Shown: in pieces, positions 57,885-64,000 of the stretch | How positions within the stretch are numbered: position 1 is the first letter of the stretch | Layout of the letters: every line of letters starts with the position of its first letter | Sequence record: MW349128.1 | Reading direction: 5' to 3' (one strand) | DNA: 64,000 bases | From: Staphylococcus phage Machias | Translations under genes and position numbers: made by a program | Notes under the pieces: generated by a model | Told to the model about the DNA's origin: nothing | Database searches by the model: none | The model's input: only the letters and a program-made list of their open reading frames with translations

Positions 57885-59118
57885 AAAGCAGGAAGAGGTA
57901 GCACCGTATGTAGATGCAGTGCATAAAGATTTTTAATTGCTGGAAGACTAATAATGAAGTTAATCAGCATCACTTTAATTAGTGTTCAACGACTAAATAA
58001 AATCAATTTTAATAATTTTTACTGTTAACATTCCTTTATCAGTACGATAACGGAGGGATAAAATGCCTAAAGGTGTTAAAAGTAAAGAAAAATTCATAGA
58101 ACAAAAAAATAAAACTTTTAAAGAAATAAAAGATATCAATGGAGATAAATTTGAAATACTGGGAGAGTATAAAAATTCTAAAGAACCAATTAAATGTCAT
58201 TGTAATATATGTGATAGAGATTTTTTCTTACCTACTGAAAAACTAAGATTAAAAAGAAAATTCTGTAATAGAAAAGATTGTAGATATTCAGAAAAACCCA
58301 AGAATTCTAAAGGTAAAGAAACTTTTTTAATAGAATTAAAAGATAAGTTCGGATTTAATTATACTTATATTGAAGGATTCAATGGAATGAATAAAAAGTG
58401 TAGATTCCGTTGTGGAAAATGTGGAAATATAAGATATTTTGCAAAGCCTTCTACTCTAATGGATAAAAGAAAGAAGTATAATTCAGTAAACTGTAACAGA
58501 TGTATAAATAATGAAAATTATATCATATTAGATAGTCAAGAATTATCTAAAAAGACAACAGAAGAGTTTCAAGGTGAATTAGATATGATATTTGGATATA
58601 ATAAATTTAATGTGTTAACTGAATATACTAGGAGCAAAGATTATATCTATTTGAAGAGTAATGACTGTGGACACAAATTTAAAACGAGACCAGATGATAT
58701 ACTTAAAAGAAAAAGATGTAGTGTATGTTCTAAAAGTATAGGAGAAATTGCCATCATTGAATTACTTCAAGAGAATAATGTAGAATATGAGAATGAAGTT
58801 ACTTTTGAAGGATCTAGTTTTAGATTTGATTTTTATTTTAAAAAAATAAATACTGTAGTTGAAGTAGATGGAAAAGGTCATATAAAAGGTTATGGAAATT
58901 TCATTAATGATAAAAGAAACAAAAGCAAAAGAACACCTGAAGATATAAAAAAATTAGATAATGAAAAAGATGAATTTATAAGAAGCAAAGGAATAAATAT
59001 GATACGTCTCCCTTACCAGAATAGAATAAATGAAGAATTAATTATCCCTATGAAAAAATTATTAAAATTATGATATAGTCTGATCTGCATGGATTATCAT
59101 GTAGTTTAACGTAAATGA
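57885..59118 (+). mobile_element. group I intron, copy 7 (terL), carrying a homing endonuclease ORF in P8
   Basis: P TTAATTGCTGG (57934), Q AATCAGCATC (57962), R GTTCAACGACTAAATA (57985). The HEG ORF spans 58063-59073. S TGATATAGTCTGA (59071) overlaps the HEG stop codon. P9 hairpin CTGCATG/CATGTAG follows. Confidence 0.6.
58063..59073 (+). CDS. intron-encoded homing endonuclease, EDxHD/Vsr-like (PD-(D/E)xK) with tandem CxxC zinc ribbons
   Basis: 336 aa with GGAGGG RBS. Three C-x2-C...C-x2-C pairs. C-terminal VVEVDGKGHIKGY...MIRLPY fits the E-x-D-G-x-x-H Vsr/DUF559-like catalytic core (compare I-Bth0305I). Confidence 0.5.
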   Translation: MPKGVKSKEKFIEQKNKTFKEIKDINGDKFEILGEYKNSKEPIKCHCNICDRDFFLPTEKLRLKRKFCNRKDCRYSEKPKNSKGKETFLIELKDKFGFNYTYIEGFNGMNKKCRFRCGKCGNIRYFAKPSTLMDKRKKYNSVNCNRCINNENYIILDSQELSKKTTEEFQGELDMIFGYNKFNVLTEYTRSKDYIYLKSNDCGHKFKTRPDDILKRKRCSVCSKSIGEIAIIELLQENNVEYENEVTFEGSSFRFDFYFKKINTVVEVDGKGHIKGYGNFINDKRNKSKRTPEDIKKLDNEKDEFIRSKGINMIRLPYQNRINEELIIPMKKLLKL

Positions 59119-59202
59119 CCTATGGTTTGGCTTGATGAGTGGGCGTTTATACCGCATAATCAAGTAATGTTTGAAGCGATGAGTAAAAAGGCTCCATCTT
59201 TA
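59119..59202 (+). CDS. terL: terL micro-exon (Walker B)
   Basis: (P)MVWLDEWAFIPHNQVMFEAMSKKAPSL aligns to T4 gp17 [23 protein letters not shown]. An in-frame TGA lies immediately upstream and a TAG at the end. Boundaries are approximate. Confidence 0.55.
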
Positions 59203-59355
59203 TAGAAATATAGATGATGAATAATATTAACTGCTGAAAAGTTTAAAAACCAATCAGCATCATTAAATAATGTTCAACGACTAAATTTATTAAATCTTAA
59301 AAAGATTATGATATAGTCTGATCTGCATGGATTATCATGCAGCTAACATAAATGA
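59203..59355 (+). mobile_element. group I intron, copy 8 (terL)
   Basis: P TTAACTGCTGAAAAG (59227), Q AATCAGCATC (59252), R GTTCAACGACTAAAT (59272), S TGATATAGTCTGA (59309), P9 CTGCATGGATTATCATGCAG. Confidence 0.6.
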
Positions 59356-59442
59356 CCAGCAATAAGTACAGCTTCAAGAATTGCAAAAGAAAATGGTTCT
59401 CCTTATGGACTTCTTATCACAACTACACCTAAAATGACTGGG
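59356..59442 (+). CDS. terL: terL micro-exon (ATPase motif III region)
   Basis: TAISTASRIAKENGSPYGLLITTTPKMTG against T4 ISSGRRSKIIITTTPNGLN. It is bounded by in-frame stops. Confidence 0.55.
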
Positions 59443-60975
59443 TGAAGATAAATTAAAATTTATCTTAAGGACTTTATTAATTGCTGAAAGGTCCTTAGAG
59501 CTTAATGAGCTACAACGTGACTGGCAACAGTGAGCGTGATATGCTTAAAAATCATTAAGATTGGAAAATCAGCAGCTAATTTTCAATTTAATAAATTATT
59601 AAATCAATAATGAACAACTCTTTATACAAAAGATGTAGGAGTTGGTAATTTTGGATTTTTATGAAAAATTAAATAAAAAATTTGATAACAGTATAATAAC
59701 AAAAGAAAAATATATAAACGGCAATGAAAAGATTAAATTCTATTGTAAAAATTGTAAAAATTATTTTTATTCTAAACCTAGAAAAATTATTGAATCATCT
59801 TATAAATCATGTCATTTATGTAGGAAAAGGGAAAAAGAAAATATATTTAGGAATAATCTCATTAATATGATAAATAAAGAAATATATGAAATTATTGAAA
59901 TGAAAGATCCTATAAAAAATAATGAAAAATTTTCTTTAAAACATAAAGAATGTGGAAATATCTTTTCTATATCAGTGAGTAATTTTAAAAAAGGAAGAAA
60001 ATGCCCATATTGCTCAAATAAGCCTATGAAAAGGGATCAAAATTTCTTTTTAGAAAAAATAAATAATATTGATTCAAGTTTCTTAAAAGAATATGAATTA
60101 AAAAGCAATTATATAAGCGTTAACGAAAATATTAAAATTAAACATAAAGAATGTGGAAATATCTTTAATACTACCCCTAATAGAATTTATAGAGGTAATA
60201 GATGTAGTATGTGTTCACATAAATCTGATAAATATAATTTTAAAGAGGTAAAGAGTATAATAGAAAAAGATGGAAAATTTAAACTTTTATCTAATAATTA
60301 TATAAATAATAAATATAAATTAAAAATAAAATGTCTTAACTGTGGTAATATACAAGAGAAAAGTTTAGTTACATTTCAAGATAAAAGAAATAGAAAATGT
60401 ATATGTGAAAAATATTCTTTACCAATTCGTTATATAACAAATTTTTTAATAGATAAAAATATAAATTTTGAGCTAGAAAAAAGATTTGATAATTGTAGAA
60501 ATATTAGACCTTTACCCTTCGATATTTTTATAAATGATTTTAATATTCTAATTGAATATGATGGGGAACAACATTTTAAACCAATATATGGTATAGAAAA
60601 ACTCAATAAAACTAAAATAAATGATGAAATAAAAAATAATTTTTGTAATAAAGAAGGAATAGAATTAATTAGAATAAACTGTTATGATAATTATGAAGAT
60701 AAAATTGAAAATTTAGTTCAACGACTATCGAAAGTTGAGTATACATCGTGAGGATATATACAATATAAATGAGTAGAGTACAGCCAAGCGGTTAGTTTTT
60801 AAGTGATATTAGCTTAATATAATTCTATTAAATGGAAACATAAAGACGTGTATATTAACACATATACGTAAGATATAGTCTCAACGTTTAGGGAAAACCT
60901 AAAGAAGTTCATAAGAGAACTGGTATAGATTAGCGATCTATATTGAAGATTTTGAGTACTCTCGACACATCTCAA
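59443..60975 (+). mobile_element. group I intron, copy 9 (terL), carrying a second homing endonuclease ORF
   Basis: P TTAATTGCTGAAAGG (59477), Q AAATCAGCAGC (59567), HEG 59642-60751, S AAGATATAGTCTC (60870). The R element was not confidently located. The 3' end is set where the T4-aligned exon (GQFFFQQMNEAAQ against LNHFYDIWTAA) starts. Confidence 0.5.
59642..60751 (+). CDS. intron-encoded homing endonuclease, EDxHD/Vsr-like, paralog of 58063-59073
   Basis: 369 aa with TTG start after AGGAG. Repeated KHKECGNIF...C.YC zinc-ribbon units. C-terminal ILIEYDGEQHFKP...LIRIN has the E-x-D-G-x-x-H core. Confidence 0.5.
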   Translation: MVILDFYEKLNKKFDNSIITKEKYINGNEKIKFYCKNCKNYFYSKPRKIIESSYKSCHLCRKREKENIFRNNLINMINKEIYEIIEMKDPIKNNEKFSLKHKECGNIFSISVSNFKKGRKCPYCSNKPMKRDQNFFLEKINNIDSSFLKEYELKSNYISVNENIKIKHKECGNIFNTTPNRIYRGNRCSMCSHKSDKYNFKEVKSIIEKDGKFKLLSNNYINNKYKLKIKCLNCGNIQEKSLVTFQDKRNRKCICEKYSLPIRYITNFLIDKNINFELEKRFDNCRNIRPLPFDIFINDFNILIEYDGEQHFKPIYGIEKLNKTKINDEIKNNFCNKEGIELIRINCYDNYEDKIENLVQRLSKVEYTS

Positions 60976-62190
60976 GGGCAATTTTTCTTTCAACAAATGA
61001 ATGAAGCAGCTCAATGGAATGAAAAAATATATGATTATTTTATTGATAGTGAAGAAGAAGGAAATTCTAAATTAGAAAAATACATGGAAGATAATTCAAA
61101 TAATGAATTCATGTATATAGAATATTCATATAAAGAATTAGGTAAAGATGAAAATTGGTTAGAAAAACAAAAGAGACAAATTGGTTCTTTAGAAGCTGTT
61201 AAACGTGAGATATTATTGGAATGGGCTTATAGTTCTGATGATTCATTATTCTCTGAAGAACAAATGACTGAAATATCTATGTATGCTAATAAAGAAATAT
61301 ATAATACTCTTGAATTTAATATTGATGGTAGAACTTATTATGTAAATATGATTAAATATATGGATAATATTACAGAGAAAAATTGGCTTATTGGTATTGA
61401 TATGTCTGGTGGTTTAGGACGAGATAATACAGCGTTTACTGTAGTGGATCCAGCTACTTTGGAACCAGTAATGACTTTTAAAAATAATGTAATTAATGGA
61501 CCTACATTCAGAAAATTAATTAAAGAATTGGTTAGTTTCTATATACCTAACGCTATATTAATACCTGAACGTAACTATGCAGGTTTAACAGTAATTGATC
61601 ATATGATATCTTATGATGGTTTAGAATCTAATTTATTCTATACGCTTAAAACTCGTGTAGCTGAAAAGCAAGTAGAAAATAAAAGTTTATTTAATGAAAT
61701 GTCTAGATATAGCAAAACTGAAAAAGTTAAAAAAGAAACTCGTAGATATGGTATTGATACAACTAAAAAATCTCGTGATATAATGTTAAATGAAATATTA
61801 TCTATGCTTGTTGAAGAAAAACCACATTTAATTAATAATAAACCACTTTTCCAAGAAATCAAATCTTTACAAATGATTAAAGGACGTATTGACCATCCAC
61901 CGGGAGGTCACGATGACTTAATGATGTCTTATTTATTCTGTTTATATGCGTATTACTATGAAAAAGATATTAATAAATTTGTAAAAATTAAATATGGTTC
62001 TAAACTCTCACCTAACAGTGAAAATGCAGAAGGAATGAAAAAAGAACAAGAAGCTAGAAGAAAAGATATTGCTTCAATTAAACGTATCAATAGTGTTATT
62101 GAAGGAAATGATATGAGTAATTCTATATTTGGTCAACAACAAAAACCAATGGATAACAATAATAAACGTATTATGGATTTATTCAAATAA
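60976..62190 (+). CDS. terL: large terminase (T4 gp17-like), final exon (nuclease domain)
   Basis: DHPPGGHDDLMMSYLFCLY against T4 EEGYHDDLVMSLVIFGWL. Also LIGIDMSGGLGRDNTAFTVV (RNaseH-like Asp). The track ORF start at 60943 is upstream of the likely 3' splice site. Confidence 0.6.
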   Translation, partial: GQFFFQQMNEAAQWNEKIYDYFIDSEEEGNSKLEKYMEDNSNNEFMYIEYSYKELGKDENWLEKQKRQIGSLEAVKREILLEWAYSSDDSLFSEEQMTEISMYANKEIYNTLEFNIDGRTYYVNMIKYMDNITEKNWLIGIDMSGGLGRDNTAFTVVDPATLEPVMTFKNNVINGPTFRKLIKELVSFYIPNAILIPERNYAGLTVIDHMISYDGLESNLFYTLKTRVAEKQVENKSLFNEMSRYSKTEKVKKETRRYGIDTTKKSRDIMLNEILSMLVEEKPHLINNKPLFQEIKSLQMIKGRIDHPPGGHDDLMMSYLFCLYAYYYEKDINKFVKIKYGSKLSPNSENAEGMKKEQEARRKDIASIKRINSVIEGNDMSNSIFGQQQKPMDNNNKRIMDLFK

Positions 62191-62198
62191 AATATATA

Positions 62199-62238
62199 AG
62201 AGTAATGATGATTAACTTCGTCATTACTCTATTTTATT
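62199..62238 (+). terminator. terminator after terL
   Basis: AGAGTAATGA...TCATTACTCT stem followed by a T-run. Confidence 0.6.
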
Positions 62239-62362
62239 GGAAATTTTTATAAAATGTTATTAACTAAGTTGTATAGTAGAGTTGATTTTAGAAAAGATAA
62301 AAGAAAATTTTAGTTATTCGTCAGAATAATATATTATATAAAAATAAAAAGATAAATGGGAA

Positions 62363-63163
62363 GTGAAAATTTTGACTAAGACATACTTAATTGATGACAA
62401 AGATGATTTAGAAATGGTTAAAGAAGAATACGATGAAATTATTATGAATATTTCTGAAGATATTATGGTAGATAATATTAAAGATCAAATTCATGAATCT
62501 AATACAAAGCAATTTTATACTGATCAACATCATAAGAATTTCTTTGAATACTTTGAAATCCGATTTAATTTTGTATTAGAAAGATATAAAGATGATAATG
62601 ATATTTTAAATAGAACTAAAGAAGTTTATAATGATATTTTAAATGAAATATTAGAATCAATTCAAGATACTTATCAATTATCTATTGAATTTTCAGAAGA
62701 TATTTTAGTTGAAGATAAAGCTCAGTATATTAAATCATTATACTATTTCTTTGTATTAAATAAAAAAGAAATGATTAATAATCTATTTATTAATTATATT
62801 GAAAAGAATATTGTACATTTATCTAAGACTTATGAAGATAATTTAAATGATGATATTAATACTTCATTATCATATAACAATTTAAAGAAAACTATTGATA
62901 ATGAATACACAGCTATGATTTATTCTATTCCAGATATTATTGAAGGAATTTATATTGGAGATAATGAAGATATTATTGAAACTATAATTCTAGATGAAGA
63001 ATCTGAATTGAATAATTATCAGATTGATAAAATGTTAGTAGAACAATCAATTACTGATGTTAGATTTGATAATAATCTTATTAACGTATTAAGAGAAACA
63101 TTTGAAGATAATAACGTATTATTTAGAGAAATCCAGTATTATTTCATTAATAAATATAAATAA
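62363..63163 (+). CDS. acidic hypothetical protein
   Basis: 266-aa ORF after the terL terminator. Confidence 0.5.
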   Translation: MKILTKTYLIDDKDDLEMVKEEYDEIIMNISEDIMVDNIKDQIHESNTKQFYTDQHHKNFFEYFEIRFNFVLERYKDDNDILNRTKEVYNDILNEILESIQDTYQLSIEFSEDILVEDKAQYIKSLYYFFVLNKKEMINNLFINYIEKNIVHLSKTYEDNLNDDINTSLSYNNLKKTIDNEYTAMIYSIPDIIEGIYIGDNEDIIETIILDEESELNNYQIDKMLVEQSITDVRFDNNLINVLRETFEDNNVLFREIQYYFINKYK

Positions 63164-63169
63164 GGAGAT

Positions 63170-63922
63170 TTGTCAAAAATGGTAGAAGAGAATAAATATG
63201 TTGAAGAATTAGAAAAAGATTTACAAAATGCGATGGAAGAATTTGATAAAGAAAATGAAGAATTAGAAAAAGAAATCGAAGAAAAAAAGAAAGATATCAA
63301 TAAAGAATTATCAACTTACTATGGTAAAGATAATATTGATATCAATGACGTACTATCTGTAGATTCTAAAGTTCAAAGATATCAAGAAAAATTAGATTTC
63401 ATTAATGGGGATTTAACTTTTGAAAAAGATGAAGATATTCCTGAAAGATTAAAACCTTTAAAAGATTTAAAGATTAATGATACCAAACAAATTGAAAATA
63501 TCATTGAACAAATTAAAGATAGTAAAGAAGCTAAACATATGTTAGATAATATTACTATTAGTAAATTACCTGTTAAAGAAAATAAACTTAAAAAAGTAAA
63601 TGAAAAATTAAATATGAAAATTTACAATCATAATAAAATTCATGGAAATGAAAATAATGAATACAATTATATTGATCTAGAAGAGATCTATGAAAATCTA
63701 AAAAATGCATTAGACAGTGATAGTTTCAAAGAAACAAATTCATTGTATAAATTTATGTGTTCATTAGGTTCATACATGTTACAAAATTATGAAAAATCTC
63801 CTTATTATATAAAATCTCTTTCTGAAAATGTTGATTATATTGGAAAATTCGGTAATAAATTAGAACAGAACGAAGATTTTATCAAAGTAATTAATAGTAT
63901 CTTAATTAGATACCAAAAATAA
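63170..63922 (+). CDS. hypothetical coiled-coil protein
   Basis: 250-aa ORF. Confidence 0.5.
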   Translation: MSKMVEENKYVEELEKDLQNAMEEFDKENEELEKEIEEKKKDINKELSTYYGKDNIDINDVLSVDSKVQRYQEKLDFINGDLTFEKDEDIPERLKPLKDLKINDTKQIENIIEQIKDSKEAKHMLDNITISKLPVKENKLKKVNEKLNMKIYNHNKIHGNENNEYNYIDLEEIYENLKNALDSDSFKETNSLYKFMCSLGSYMLQNYEKSPYYIKSLSENVDYIGKFGNKLEQNEDFIKVINSILIRYQK

Positions 63923-64000
63923 ATTATAAAAATTAGAATAGAAAGAGGTTAGAGTTAGTTATGCCAGAAATTAAATTTTATACAAAGAATAATTGTAGTA

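Noticed and set aside
1-64000. tRNA genes or CRISPR arrays
   Set aside because: No cloverleaf-compatible GTTCGA or GGTTC T-arm motifs and no regularly spaced direct repeats were seen in the intergenic regions. The repeated units found are explained as intron cores, promoter modules and terminators.

Overview
This is a very AT-rich (about 25-28% GC by eye), densely coding 64 kb segment that reads as part of a large (jumbo) myovirus genome. Three things place it there: a split multisubunit RNA polymerase beta-prime gene, a T4 gp21-like prohead protease, and a T4 gp23-like major capsid protein next to a T4 gp17-like large terminase. A phiKZ/AR9-like lineage is inferred from that combination. Positions 1 to about 3400 carry an unidentified ORF followed by the N-terminal beta-prime fragment gene, which is interrupted by two tandem group I introns at the catalytic DxDGD motif. 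Positions 3445 to 24200, all on the + strand, are an early-type region of about 45 small unknown genes. Many of them are preceded by a conserved TATATTATAA box, then a strong hairpin, then a Shine-Dalgarno sequence. The region includes duplicated cassettes, several paralog families and one GC-rich island gene. Positions 24262 to 41556, on the - strand, encode tail-fibre or adhesin-like proteins (998 aa and a 3084-aa giant with repeated modules), small membrane proteins and a RusA-like resolvase. Positions 41668 to 50000 hold mixed unknowns and a peptidoglycan-binding-domain protein. Positions 50187 to 62190 are a morphogenesis block: an intron-split gp21-like protease on the - strand, scaffold-like acidic proteins, the capsid protein, a HExxH protein, and a terminase gene fragmented by at least four group I introns, two of which carry EDxHD/Vsr-like homing endonuclease genes. 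I count at least nine copies of one group IA intron family by their P, Q, R and S core elements. No tRNA, rRNA or CRISPR array was found. Exact splice junctions could not be fixed by eye and are approximate.
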